From positions 27,655,811 to 27,719,810 of the forward strand of contig NC_081381.1 of assembly GCF_030684315.1 (NCBI RefSeq): 64,000 nt of DNA, read 5' to 3'. The notes beneath the pieces were generated by a model. That model saw only the letters and a program-made list of their open reading frames with translations. It had not been told where the DNA came from and made no database searches. Below, piece by piece: positions 24,601 through 36,736 of the stretch (positions within the stretch are counted from its first letter, which is position 1; every line of letters begins with the position of its first letter). This stretch comes from Stegostoma tigrinum. Its lineage: Eukaryota. Position numbers and translations under genes: made by a program.

Positions 24601-27600
24601 TTCCTTGACATCATAGCTAATTACCTAAATCTGCTGCTGTTGTACTTGCCCCCAGTGATGATTTGTGCGTTAACATTATGCTGACTGGAAATTTTTATTT
24701 GTTTCTGAATCTGTTTTATGACAGCAGCAACGCCATCAAAACACAGCTAAAGTCATTTTGAGATACCAAGGTGTAGAGCTGGATGAACACAGCAGGCCAG
24801 ACAGCATCAGAGGAGCAGAAAGGCTGATGTTTCGGGCCTCGACTCTGCTTCAGAAGTCATTTTGTGTCTAACACAGTGCACATAATCACTCCACATGGAG
24901 TCTTATAGAATACACACTGCTTCTGTAAGGAAGCCTAACCCATATGTGAGTCACAGAGATTAAGCACAGGTTAGACCCAAAAGTGTGGACCTCCTAACTG
25001 TGTAGAGCATTGCCTGGCATCCATCACCTCCAACTGGAAACACCCTATCATGGGTATGTTAATTTATAGAATTACCTGAGGTCAGTTGGCAGAAGGCCAG
25101 CTCTAAGTTAGAGGTCAATCAAAATTTTGGGAATGGATCACAATGCAACAATGGAAGCAGTAGTTGAATTGCCAACTAGATGTGACAGGCGGGAGTTATG
25201 AAAGTGTAGATTTTCTGCACCTGATCAGAGACTGACACGTCAGGGGAGTATGTATGGCATTTTAAATTCTCCAGGAAGAGTTCCTACTTCTGATGAAGAG
25301 AGCCCAGGTCTACTTGTTTATCCTGATTGGAGGTTTCATTTTCTGTCATTCCTTAGCTGTTGGCAGCTGTCAACTGTAAGATTCAAAGTGGTCCCGAGCG
25401 TAAAAGGCACTGCACATCTTTGTTTCTTTCTGAGATTGTAGAGGATCTATTTTCTAAGGGAGAGGAGAAGCCAGAGAGTACGTTTGATTGAAATTGTCAA
25501 AATCATGAGACATTTGGACAGGGATCAAGACACGAAGACAGGTTTAACGTGATTTTCAAAAGTAGTAAATATGATGAGAAACAATTTTCTTCTAACAGTA
25601 AGTAGTTTGTCTCTGGAATGCATGCCTGGAAGTATGGTGGAACCAGGGTCAATCAAGATGTTAAAGAAGCAGTAAATGATTATTTAAGCAGAAGTAATGT
25701 GTGCAGAGTTACAGCAAAAGGTCAGGAGAATGGCACAAAGTGATGGTGCTCATTCAGTGAGTCAGTGCAAGCACAATGGGCTGAACAGCCACTTTCTGCA
25801 CCATAATAGTTGTGATTCTGAAACTGAACTAACAGTCAAACCTCATGAGTTCAAATGCCACTGTGGCAAGTTGCAAAATTGAATTATTTTTGGTAGTGTC
25901 CCCACCAATTAGCAGCCTCCGTTCTATCAGGTTAACTGCCTATATTTAGAAAATGGTACACTCCAGACATGCTGACTGTCCAGAAGTTAGGATAGTTTCT
26001 CATACCTTTCATTAAGACCTAACACTCTTGCTGTTGTGGCAAATCCTTATTGATGAACATATAAATGTGAGGTGCTGCATTTTGGAAAGGCAAATCAGGG
26101 CAGGACTTTACCCACTTAATGGTAAGGTTCTGTGGAGAGGTGCAGAACAAAGACACCTTGGAGTGCAGGTTCATAGTTCCTTGAAAGTTGAAGGTAGGCA
26201 GGAGAATGAAGAAGGCATTTGGTATGCTTGCCTTTATTGGTCAATGCATTGAGAATAGGGGTTGGAAAATCATACTGAGGCTGCACAGCACATTGGTTAG
26301 ACTACTTTCGGAATGCTGCACTCCATTCTCGTCTCCCTGCTATTAGAAGGATGTTGTGGAACTTGAAAGAGTTCAGAAGGCATGTACAAGGATGTTGCTG
26401 AAATTGGAGGGTTTGAGCTACAGGGAGATGCTGAATAGGCTGGGGCTATTTTTCCTGGAGGCTGAGGCGTTACCTTATAGAAGTTTATAAAATCATGAAT
26501 GAAATAGATAAGGTGAACTGCCAAGGTCTCTTCCCCAGGGTAGTGGAGTCCACAAGTAGAGGGCATAGTTTTAAGGTGAGAGGGAGAGGGGAAATATTTA
26601 AAAGGGACCTCAGGGACAACATTTTCATGCGGAGGGTGGTGTGTGTTTGGAATGAGCTATCAGTGGAAGTGGTGGAGGCTGGTACAATTACATCATTTAA
26701 GAGCTATCTGGATGGATATATGAATTGGTAGGGTCTGGAGGGATATGGACCAAAAGTTGGCAGTGGGGACCAGATTAATTCAGAATATCTGGTTGGCATG
26801 GACGTATTGTACTGAAGCATCTGTTTCCATGCTGTACAGCTCCAAGACTCTATGGACGCCTCTGCCTCCATTGTACAATTTAAATACAGCAAACATTTTG
26901 TTAACTGGTGCCTATGGGACCAGAAGTGTGAAATCAAATTTCCACTTGATCAAGAGGTCTACTACGCACCATGTAATGGAAATATAACATAGGGGATGTA
27001 CTCATCGCTGTTTTATACTTTACAGCAAAGATTACTTAAATATTAATGCAACTTTGCCTTAAATAAAACTTAGCAGCAGAGAGTATTCTCACTCACAGCC
27101 TCAACTGACTATTCGGATATTGCAGAGATCCCTGGAGCGGGTTCAGAGGTGGTTCACCAGAATGGTCCCAGGAATGAAAAGCTTAACGTGACAAAAGTTT
27201 GAGGACTCTGGGACTATACTCGTTGGAGTTTAGAAGGATGAGGGGAGGATCTAATTGAAACTTACAGAATACTGAATGGCCTGGACAGAGTGGATGTTGG
27301 GAGGTGTTTTCATTTGTAAGTGAGACAAGGACCCGAGGGCACAGCCTTAGAGTAAAGGGAAAGCATATTAGAACGGAGATAAGGAGAAACTTCTTCAGCC
27401 AGAGAGCAGTGAATCTGTGGCATTCACTGCCACAGAAAGCTGTGGAGGCCAGGTCATTGAATACATTTAAGACTGAGATAGGTTCTTGATGACCAAGGGT
27501 TATGGGGAGAAAGCAGGAGAATGTGTTTGAGGAAATTATCAGCTATGATTGAATGGCAGAACAGACCTGATGGGCCAAATGGCCTGATTTCTTCTCCTAT

Positions 27601-30600
27601 GTCTTATGGTCTTATGATTTAATACAGTAAACTTGCGGTATTTGAGGTGTTTAATTTTTGGCAGTTTATTGAGAGTGCTGATTTTCTAAGGTGTTGGTTT
27701 GCACAGATTGTGTTTGGTATTCGGGGATGTATTGATATACACTGAATGCACAAACCTCTTTTGATAATGTTGCAGTCTACTGCTTTTGTTTATTTTGTTG
27801 GGTATTGTTACATTTAATATTGATTTGATTTTTGGTTATAGATTTAAAGGAAATAATAGCCCTTCACTTAATGTAAAGTTGAATTACCTTCATGGGTTAG
27901 GAGTTCCACCTTCAACCATTAAGGGGCAGCATGATGGCTCAGTGATTAACGCTGCTACCTCATAGCACCAGGGACCAGCGTTTAAATCTACCCTTGGGCA
28001 AATGTCTATGTGGAGTTTGCACCTTCTCTCTGTGACTACATGGGTTTCCTCCCACAGCCCAAAGATGTGCAGACTGGCTGGATTGGCCATAGGAAATTGC
28101 CATGGTGTCCCGGGCTTTGCAGGCTACGCGAGTTAGCCATGAGAAAGGCAGGTTTATAGGGAAAGGGTAGTGGGGTGGGTCTGAGTGGGTTGCTCTTTGG
28201 AGGATTGGTATGGACTCTGGGCTGAATAGTCTGCTTCTACATAGGTATTCTGTGATTATATCAATTATTATGAGTTGTGAACAAATTACATTTGTCTAAG
28301 GTTTTTGATTAGGTTTGTAGCTCAGGTTGTGGATGCTGTGGTTGGTTTGTTTGCCGAGCAAACATTTCAATACCCTGCTGGGTAGCATCATCAGTGCAGC
28401 CTCTGATGAAGTGCTGTTGTGTTTCCTGCCTGGTATTTAAACTCTGGGGTCCATTGGAATTGGTTACCTCATTTCCGGGTTTTTTTTTGCTGTGGTGTAT
28501 ATATAGGGTCTAATTCCAACTCTACGTTTTATTGATGGCCGCCTTGCTGGAGAACCAAGCCTCTAGAAATTCCTGTGCTTGTGTCTGTTTGGCCTATCTT
28601 AGGATTCTGATGTTGTCCCAATCGAACTGGTGGTTCTCCCTATCTGTGTGAATGGAGATGAGTAAATACTGTTCACGTGTTTTTGTTGCTAGTTGGTGTT
28701 CGTGTATTCTTGTGGCCAGTTTCCATCCTGTCTGTCCAACGACTGTCTCAAGACTGTGACATACATTATGTTGGAAGGAAACTGGCCACAAGAATACACA
28801 AACACCAACTAGCAACAAGCAGACCTGACCAGTACTCACTTGTCTCCATTCACACAGATAAGGAGAACCACCAGTTCGATTGGGACAACATCAGGATCTT
28901 AGGACAGGCCAGAGATAAGCGTGGGAATTTCTAGAGGCTTAGTTCTGCACCAAGAAAGCCATCAATAAACATGTAGGGTTAGACCCTATGTATACACCAC
29001 TGCAAAAACGGAAATGAGGAATCAATTCCAATGCACCCTAGAGTTTAAATACCAGGCGGGAAAACGCAACAGCGCTTCATCGGAGGCTGCACTGATGATG
29101 TTACCCAGCAGGGTAGTGAAAAGTCTGCAAACTAATGAACCAGCTTGGCAAGCGAACCAACTACAGCAAAATGCATTTTGTATCTGACTGCATCCCATAC
29201 TACATTATTGGTTTTGTTATTCTCTGAAATGACCCAGGAAATTTATCAGAAACATGTTTTTATGTTGAAAATTAGAACATTGAGTAAAACTAGCCCCACC
29301 CAAGTAGTCTTATCTGAGGGATAAGGTGTAGACTAGAATATATAATGTTTGTTCCACAAAGGTTTGCGTGTTTTAATATATACACATCTAGGTACCCCTG
29401 ATACTTGTGATCTTAGTCCCCCTTCAAATCTGACTAATTTTCTTTGTGCCCCACCCCAACCTGTTCTTCTCAATAGGATTTGGTTTGTCGATTTTGGTTG
29501 ACCTGATTCGGCTCTTGGCCCCAACCCACGTGGTGCAGCTTGGCAGCGCTGAAAGGAACCAGGATCCTCCGCTCCTCACGCCAGAGTTTGTGCAGACCGC
29601 AGCTGGATGGCAAACTAAGGGAAAACATCACATTCAGCAAAAACCGATAGATTTCAAGATGCCCTTTAGCTTATCGGAGGAGGAGGAGGAGGAAGAGGAG
29701 GATCATGTGACCCTGCATGGAGGATTCCGGGGACACAGGTTGATGCGTGTTCAGTCTGAGTTTCCTGGAGTGGGAGAGGGAAGCTGTTTGTAAGTATAAA
29801 ACTGTCAGTTATTCTGTTGTGTTAATATGTGCACATTGTAACAACCTCCCCAACAGATGAATACAGCCAGTTTGTAATAAAGCAGAGAATGTTGTTTAAA
29901 CATCCACACTCTCTGCCACCATGATACATCTGTACTACCTGCAGAATGTACTGCAGTAACTCACCAAGGCTTCTTTGACAGTAGCTCCCAACCTGTGACC
30001 TGTATCACCTAGAAAGGCAAAGACAGCAGGAACATAGGAACACCATCATCTCCAAGCCTTGCTGACATTTATTCTCCAATGCAAATTCCTCCTGTCCTTC
30101 CTCAATATCGCCATTACCTTCTGTTGCCTTCTTCCCTTACATGCTTTTCGGATTTCCATTTAAATGCTTCTATAGTAGAACACTCGATGATTCCAAATTC
30201 CCAGAATGCTGAAGATGCTTCTGAATTTCCTTTTTGATTTCTAGATATCTTTTATTGATGATCACTGGTATTGCTGTCCCTTACAGTGGTAACAATGTTT
30301 TCGCAATCAAAACACAATGCAATTTTAAACAGTTCATCCTTTCCTGGTGGGTTCAGCTTCACAGTTCTCATATATGTACTGTTACCAGCTCTACTGTTGA
30401 CTTGTGTTTACAGATGCAAAAAAAAACTGAAACTTGCTGTCCTGACAGAACCTTTCTGCTGCCATGTTTTTCAGGAAGTCCCGCAGCAATGTCTTAAGGG
30501 AGTTGGCTCTTCTGGGTTATTTTAGCGAACTGCAGCCATCAGACACTGGGTGTCCCTTGCTGTTGCACAGCATGCTACCCTATCAGGTACCCGCACTCCT

Positions 30601-33600
30601 TTTGCCCATTCAACTCCAGTTATTTCTGTCAGCTGAAAGTTTTAATGAATAGGGCATGAGTCATAGTACAGGTGTTTCCCTGTGTTTGCTTTGTGTGACG
30701 CAGTTTACCACAGGATGCATTATTTTATGAGAACTGAGGTTAATTCTGCTGCTTGACGGGGAAGCCTTTTTAGACAATTTAACTTTTGGAAACTGTGTGC
30801 ACTCTCCAATGCGCCAATCCATCCACCAACATACAATATAATTCAACATGATGGACATAAGATCATGGCATAGAAATTAGATTGTTCTGAACATGACATA
30901 AACTCCAAAAGCAATATATTATGTGCATGTATAATGAATCAGAGGAATGGTGGCTAAGTGATCTGCCAGCTTCATTTGGAAGATAACGGCAAGTTGACAG
31001 TGATATTTTTAGATACTGACTTGGGGTGAATTCTGAGTGGTGGGTTTAAGAGGAGATATAAATTGTGGCTAGAAGCAGTCTGCTGTTTTTATTGTGGTTT
31101 CAAGAACAACTTTTCCCAACTGCCTTTCCATTAAGGTAAAGTACAGAAAAAAAGATTGTATATGGTGCCTTCCAGTTATTCCTTTTTAGAATCCTCTTAT
31201 TTGACTGCAGATTGTCCTCCCACCCCTCCTTGTGGATGTTGCCCTTTACTTTCTGTTTCTAATTTAGTTCACTATCCATCAGGATACTGTGAGATAAAAG
31301 ATTTTGAAATAAGCAGACAGAGTAATGTGTTTTGTAATGTGCAGTGCTACTTTGTAATAGTGCTCCTCTCTTCAAAAATCGAGTTAATATTGTTTGAACT
31401 TCCCTTGTTGGACCTAGAATTGATGCTTTCAATGTCGTGTAGCTTGGTGCGATTGAGGGATCTGCATATCTGATTATGAGGGGGGAGTAAAGTTATAGCA
31501 TTCTAGACAGGAGCATTACTACTGAAAAAAGAAGTTGGTAAATTAAACTTTAATGGAGGCAATATGTTTTGAACATTGTTATTCAAATCATTTTCCCTTT
31601 AATTAAAAGGTAGTATTAGGTGTTGTGCCATGTAGTACTTTGGGTCCTGTGTAGGGTGGGACAGTGTTGGATTCCAGATGCAAGTAATATTGGATGTTGG
31701 CATGCACTGTGGAGCTGCAGGGTGTCGATGGATAATTTTCTAAAAACAAAACTGGCTTTTGTTTTCCAGGTGCCATTTAGTGCAGTTGCTCTGCATGTGC
31801 TACATTGTGATGTAACTCCTACCAACATTTTATATGCAGCCAATGCTAGCTTAGTTGGATTATGCAGAATACCAGATGTTGTCTGCTCCCAGGCAGATGG
31901 GCCTGTATTGCTCCCAAAGCCTCCCTTATGTGACTGTTTTGGTATTGGTAAGTACTGAGACTTGTACAAGATCACATCCTGTTGGATAGAAGTGTGTTGT
32001 TCACTATCCAATCTCTCTGCATCGCCAGTGTACAGTGCTGAAGCTTAGCAGTTTAACAGAGCTGAGGTGCAAAATAGCCATCGGTAGTGCAAATGTTTGG
32101 TACTCACGAATGCTTTCGGATTCATGGAACAGGCATATCCTACACACTCTGGTCACCCGGTTTTCAGATACCATCAAATACCATTTGCTTTCACAAGCCA
32201 TGGTGTTGTCATGTGACCAAATTACCTTTGCAGTCATGTCATCAATATTGTGTATTCAGATGCAACAGCAAGGCCCTATAAGTATTAAATGTATCATTAG
32301 GGGAATAATGTTTAGTCAATACTGTGGAAGGATTGAGTCAATGTAAGAAAACGTAAAAGTGTCCTAAGTTGTGTTTCTTTAATTTATTCACTCATGGGGC
32401 ATGGGCATCCCTGGCTGGCCAGTATTTATTGCCCATCCCTAGTTGCCCCCGATAGGGTGATAGTGAGTTGCTTTCTTAAACTGCTGTAGGTTGACCCTCA
32501 ATGACCTTAAGGAGGGAATGCCAGGATATTGACCCAGTAACACTGAAGAAATGGCATTATGTTGCCAGGTCAGGGTGGTGAGTGACTCGGTGCACAGCTT
32601 GCAGGTGATGGTGTTCCCATGTATCTGCTGCTTTTGTCCTTTTCAGACAGAAGTGTTTGTGGTTTTGGAAGGTACTGTCTAAGGAGCTTTGAATTTCTGC
32701 AGCGCATCTGGTAGATAGTACACACTAATGCTACTGAGTGTTGGTGGTGGTGGGGGTAGATATGGTACAGGTTAAGCAGGCTGCTTTGCTCTGGATGGTA
32801 TCAAATTTCCTGAGTGGTATTGAAGCTCTACCCAACCATGCAAGAGACGAGTATTCAGTCACACTCCTGACTTGTGCCTTTGTAGATGGTGAACAGGCTT
32901 TGGGAGTTAGATGAGTTACTTGCCACAGTATTCCCAGCCTCTGACCTATTCTTGTAGCCACTGTTTTTATGGCAAATCCAGTTGAGTTTGAGATCAGTAG
33001 TAACCCCAAGGATGTGGATAGTGGTGGATTTGGTGATGGTAACACCATTGGATGTCAAGGGGCAGTGATTAGATTGTCTCTTATTGCAAATGGTCATTGC
33101 TTGGAATTTGTGTGGCATGATTGTTACTTGCCACTTGTCAGCCCAAGCCTGGAAATTGTTCACATCTTGTCGCACTTGAACAGTGACTGCTTCAGTATCA
33201 GGAGTCACGAATGGCACTGAACATTGTGCAGTCATTGGCAAACATCCCCAAGTCTGACTTTACAATGGGAAGGTCATTGATGAAGCAGCTGAAGGTGGTT
33301 GAGCCTGGGTCACTACCCTGAAGAACTCATACAAAGATGTTCTGGAGCGGAGTGACTGACCTCTAACAAGCACAACAATCTTCCTGCGTGCTGCATATGA
33401 TTCCAGTCAGCTGAGAGTTTACCCCCTCACGATTTGATTCCAGTTTTCCTAGGTTTCCTTGATGCCACACTCAGTCGAATGTGGCCTTGATGTTAAAGGC
33501 TGTCCCTTTCATTGTCACCTCATCAAGTTTAAAGTCTTCCACAAAGATGACTGTCTGACAGTGCAAAAATGTCTCAGGACAGTATTGCACTGCAGACCTA

Positions 33601-36446
33601 GATTGTGCACGCAAATTGGATGAATGGTGTACCAACAAGGATAGTACCAACTGAGCCAAGCTGCAACACACACTTCTTACAATGTATGCGGTTATAATGA
33701 CAGTGCCTTCCCAGTCCTGCTCTAACCGACGGGATGAATTTTTTTCCCTCGCTCAACTGGCCAAGAATCCTACATGAAATGAGTTTGCACTTTAAACCTA
33801 CATATAAGTGGGTGCTGTCCAATAACACAACTGCCAAGAGTGGCTCCAAAACTTGACTGAAGGCTGGAATTTTGTGTCCAGGTCTGTCGAGCTATGTGAT
33901 TGTGCCTCACTTGCACTTGATGAGTATGACCTAGACTCAAATGATCTCCATTAAAATAAATTGAATGCTGTTGAGCAGGTTTGTGCTACATGTGTGATTT
34001 GGTCTTTGCTGTAAGACATCAAAATATTCACTATTTGGATTAATTTAATACCTTTCCTCTGTAGGAATAATTCGTGGGATTAATTTGGAGAAGAGATTGT
34101 ATTATATACTAACACCAGTTCCTGTGGCCCGGCTAAAACAGGTTAACTGCTTGCTGATTGGGGCAGTCACCATCCCCCATTCACTTTTCAGGAACCAGGT
34201 AAGTGGAACGTGAACTACCATGATTACTGAACTACAGAGTGTGTGATCTGCCCACCTAGAATATTACTGATCACTGCTGTTGCACTAGCCATGTTGTTGA
34301 GTGAACCCGAGAAACAAATGCTGAAATAATATTGAATCTTTTGATTTGAAGAATTATTATTAAATAGTTGCACAGTTGATTTTCTTCATGGACTGTACAT
34401 GTTGGATGGAGTCAGTTCAGATGGATTCTGTTAGTGAGAATGTGAGGGGCCGTTGATTGGTTGCATCTGTTGAGCAGGTAGTGTTGCGAGGGTGTGTTTG
34501 GGCAAAGCTGGTGTATTAACTAGTTAATGGTGCATCTGCAGGGTTAATGGTATACAGTTGTATTTGGCTTGGGGTAATTGCTGGATAATTGCACTTTGGC
34601 GTGCATGCAGGCGTGGCTGGTAGGTTTGTTTGCTAGTTTTGCCCATGCTGTAAATATGTTTAGTTCACTGTTGTTTCCAGCTATTTTGTTGTAGAGATGT
34701 GATCCTTTATAATAACCTTTTTTAATTTGTTAGCAAGATTATCATTTATTGCCCATCCTTGATTGTCCTTGTGAAGATGATTGTGAGTCACAGCCTTAAA
34801 CCATTGAAGTCCATGTGATATGAGTTGACCCACAGAGCTGTTACAGAGGAAGATCCAAGATTTTGACCCAGTGACAGTGAAGGAATAGTGATTATATTCC
34901 AAGGCTTGGAAGGGAACTTGCAGGAGATGACGTTACCATCTGTCTGCTTATCTTTCTAGGTTGCAGAGGCTGTGGTTTGGAAGCTGCTGCCTAAGGAATC
35001 TTAGTGAGTTTGTGATAGTGCATCTTGCACCTGGGACACTCTCTGCTGCCACTGTGTGTCTGTGGTGGAGGGAGCAAATGTAGAAGGTGCTAGAAAGGAT
35101 GCCAGTCAGGGAGTCAGCTTTGTGCTGAGTGGTGTCAAGCTGTTTATGGTATAGGAGCTGCATTCATCAAGGCAACTGGCAAGCATTCCATCTCACTTGT
35201 GGACCCAAAACTGAGCATCAGCGAGCAAGTGTTTTTGAGTAAGTGTCACTTGATTACACCTTGTGTATATAGTGGTTTTTGACTGGGATGGATTTCAGTT
35301 TTTTTGGGGCAAGGCATATCTAGGCAATTATCCCATTGCCAGATAGATGCCAATGATATAACTGCAATGCATCAGCTTGGCTAAGGTACAGTGATCCTTA
35401 ACATCCACCTGAGAGGACAACGTTTGAACAAGACTAGAGGATTTTTCTCCTGGTTCCTGGCCAATAATTATCCCTGAACACAGTGATGCTGATACCTAAA
35501 TATGCATACGAGAAAAACAGCTGGGGAGAAAATGTAAGCGAAAGGTACACAAGGGAAAAGTGAAGCCCAGAAACAAAAAAAAATTCGCTGGCCATTGTGG
35601 ATTTCAATCTTGCAGCAGCACAACATACTGAAAACAAATTCTGATTACTTAATTTGTACTATCGGAGCCTCTCTTCCTTCAGCACGCCACCATCTCCCAA
35701 TATTATTGCACAAATGCTGCTCCCTCCACACTTCACATCAGCCCTGATGAAGAGTCATCTTGCCGTGAAATGTAAGCTTACTCTCTCTCCATGGATGCTG
35801 CCTGACCTGCTGTGACTTCCACCTATTTTTGTTTTCAGTACAGATTCCAGCATCTGCAGTTATTTGTTCCCAAAATGAAGTATACACAGCACTGACATTT
35901 GCACTTGATTACTGGACTGCACCATCCCTGTAATGTGCACATGAATAAAACTTGCCTTGAGATATTGGACCATAGGGTCTGGACACTTTTTCATACATCA
36001 CAAGCAAGACTACTCTACACATACAAGTCTAGGTGGGATGTATCACAGGGTTTCTTTCATCACTTCAAAACTTTTCAAGAATAATGTGTCAGGAAAGGGC
36101 AGTTTATTATTTCTGTTTAAGGTTGCCCAGGGCCTTTGATCCAGTCAATGGCTAGGTGATTGAAGAGCAGCAGAGGTAAACTGCAGAGCAAGGGGTAGGT
36201 GCCAGTGAGTCAAGGTTTCATCTCCATTGCCATGGAGCAGAAACTTTGGAACAGCTTGAAATTCTGAAGTGATGGTCTGGCAGATTCCCCTGTCATGCTG
36301 ACTTATTTTTATTTCCCTTTCAGCCTGAAGTGACAGGAGAGCTTCCATACGTAACGACCGATTATTCCTTCGATATTTCTGGAGCTGGAAAAATTAAAGT
36401 ATGTAAACAGCTGAGAAGGCGGGAGCATCATAAAGATGTCTCATAA
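12092..36446 (+). CDS. NOL9: NOL9 polynucleotide 5'-hydroxyl kinase, whole spliced CDS (12 coding exons, 767 aa)
   Basis: Exons join in frame with GT-AG sites (591+220+131+145+97+98+162+313+112+178+134+123=2304 nt). Contains Clp1/Grc3-family motifs: P-loop GGKNFGKST, DLGQTEF, INTMGWVKG, GIIRGINLEKRLYYILTP. Confidence 0.96.
12948..13167 (+). CDS. NOL9: NOL9 coding exon 2
   Basis: ttttgcag|AAG...GCAG|gtaagg; KLTFQGRCRMTCLYGSVEVLGFTIGQGQP resembles the vertebrate NOL9 N-terminal domain. Confidence 0.95.
15522..15652 (+). CDS. NOL9: NOL9 coding exon 3
   Basis: cattgcag|CA...CCA|gtgagt; ASRHNLIKEVTSSCSVLLFEHLDTPGTVYLSSFPEYREIFTSHP; phase 1 to 0 fits neighbours. Confidence 0.92.
17252..17396 (+). 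CDS. NOL9: NOL9 coding exon 4
   Basis: ctttcag|AAG...CTGG|gtaaga; KKLNSGKHSFLECSALTSIGVIPL...ELLNTCL; phase 0 to 1. Confidence 0.92.
17775..17871 (+). CDS. NOL9: NOL9 coding exon 5 (P-loop)
   Basis: cttgcag|AA...CA|gtaagt; EDDDRCPIILVCGGKNFGKSTFSRYLLN contains the Walker A motif. Confidence 0.97.
21121..21218 (+). CDS. NOL9: NOL9 coding exon 6 (catalytic DxGQ motif)
   Basis: catatag|T...CTTG|gtaagt; IPCVEFLELDLGQTEFSPPGCMALHLVTEPIL. Confidence 0.97.
21990..23230 (+). mobile_element. Decayed RTE-like LINE RT region
   Basis: AFMDFEKAF..VDWVKL, LEQVSKYSCLG, WTEEVTN remnants; split by the SINE at 22342-22679. Confidence 0.6.
22342..22679 (-). mobile_element. HE1-type V-SINE nested in an RTE-like LINE
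   Basis: Reverse complement of the 3926 element. Confidence 0.85.
23642..23803 (+). CDS. NOL9: NOL9 coding exon 7
   Basis: ttttacag|GC...AAAG|gtcaga; GPPYMHQCEPRKMVYYG...PLVINTMGWVK. Confidence 0.96.
24029..24240. mobile_element. Short palindromic Penelope-type terminal repeat insertion (also ~9549-9915, 21480-21620, 44490-44640, 50725-50935, 63475-63680)
   Basis: gaggaacacagcaggccaggcagcatcagagg is followed by its reverse complement cctctgatgctgcctggcctgctgtgttcctc. Confidence 0.8.
26050..26850 (+). mobile_element. CR1 LINE 3' fragment
   Basis: QRHLGVQVHSSLKV, TSRGHSFKVRG, RRVVCVWNEL remnants and CR1-like 3' end. Confidence 0.85.
27130..27620 (+). mobile_element. CR1 LINE 3' end
   Basis: TRTRGHSLRVKG..RRNFFSQRAVNLWHSLP; tail cttatggtcttatg. 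Confidence 0.88.
27923..28258 (+). mobile_element. HE1-type V-SINE
   Basis: Same head, V-domain and tail as the 3926 copy. Confidence 0.85.
28306..29167. mobile_element. Penelope-like element: two inverted GIY-YIG C-terminal/terminal-repeat copies
   Basis: DCDIHYVG-RKLATRIHKHQ...HQFDWDNIRILG on +, and VGQTGWKLATRIHEHQ...HQFDWDNIRIL on -; arms ~400 bp. Confidence 0.9.
29088..29129 (+). ncRNA. Minimal type I hammerhead ribozyme motif in Penelope terminal repeat
   Basis: UGCA-CUGAUGA-U-GUUACCC(AGCA)GGGUAGU-GAAA-AG-UC-UGCA: conserved core, 7-bp stem II with G.U pairs, 4-bp stem I. Activity not demonstrated. Confidence 0.65.
29477..29789 (+). CDS. NOL9: NOL9 coding exon 8
   Basis: ctcaatag|GA...TT|gtaagt; GFGLSILVDLIRLLAPTHVVQL..., includes an 8-residue poly-Glu run. 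Confidence 0.95.
30475..30586 (+). CDS. NOL9: NOL9 coding exon 9
   Basis: tttttcag|G...CAG|gtaccc; KSRSNVLRELALLGYFSELQP...LHSMLPYQ. Confidence 0.94.
31770..31947 (+). CDS. NOL9: NOL9 coding exon 10
   Basis: ttttccag|GTG...ATTG|gtaagt; VPFSAVALHVLHCDVTPTNILYAANASLVGLC...CDCFGI. Confidence 0.96.
32380..33530 (-). mobile_element. LINE (CR1/L2 group) 3' fragment; related copies at ~34735-35390 (-) and ~51020-52320 (-)
   Basis: QAWADKWQVT, ILGVTTDLKLNW, YKAQVRSVTEYSSLAW remnants; shared 3' end with the other copies. Confidence 0.8.
34065..34198 (+). CDS. NOL9: NOL9 coding exon 11
   Basis: ctctgtag|GA...CAG|gtaagt; GIIRGINLEKRLYYILTPVPVARLKQVNCLLIGAVTIP. Confidence 0.96.
36324..36446 (+). CDS. 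NOL9: NOL9 coding exon 12 (terminal, TAA stop)
   Basis: ccctttcag|CCT; PEVTGELPYVTTDYSFDISGAGKIKVCKQLRRREHHKDVS*. Confidence 0.95.
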   Translation, partial: PEVTGELPYVTTDYSFDISGAGKIKVCKQLRRREHHKDVS

Positions 36447-36730
36447 TGGGGAGAATTCCTGCTCATCCTTAAATCAGGGCAAATGAACGTTTGGTAAAGT
36501 GGATTAATTGGCGCTGTGCCTTATTGCAGTATTTGCGATTTAAAAATGAGGGTTTGAAAAGTAAATGTGAACGGTCTGCAGACTGCTTTAAAACGTTTAT
36601 TTTAGCCCCCTTTCCTCCCCCCCCCCCGCCCCCCACCCCAACACAACTTTTTATCAATCTCAGATTGTCATCTAACCCATGCTGAATGAGAAATCTTTGT
36701 TTTAAAGTTTGACACTGAGCATTTGTTGTA

Positions 36731-36736
36731 AATAAA
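36731..36736 (+). terminator. Probable NOL9 polyadenylation signal
   Basis: First AATAAA I found after the stop codon (~285 nt 3'UTR), followed by T/GT-rich sequence. Confidence 0.6.

Noticed and set aside
12683-36323. Intronic snoRNAs in NOL9
   Set aside because: I found no convincing C/D box pair with terminal stem or H/ACA architecture by eye; an Rfam scan would be needed to exclude them.
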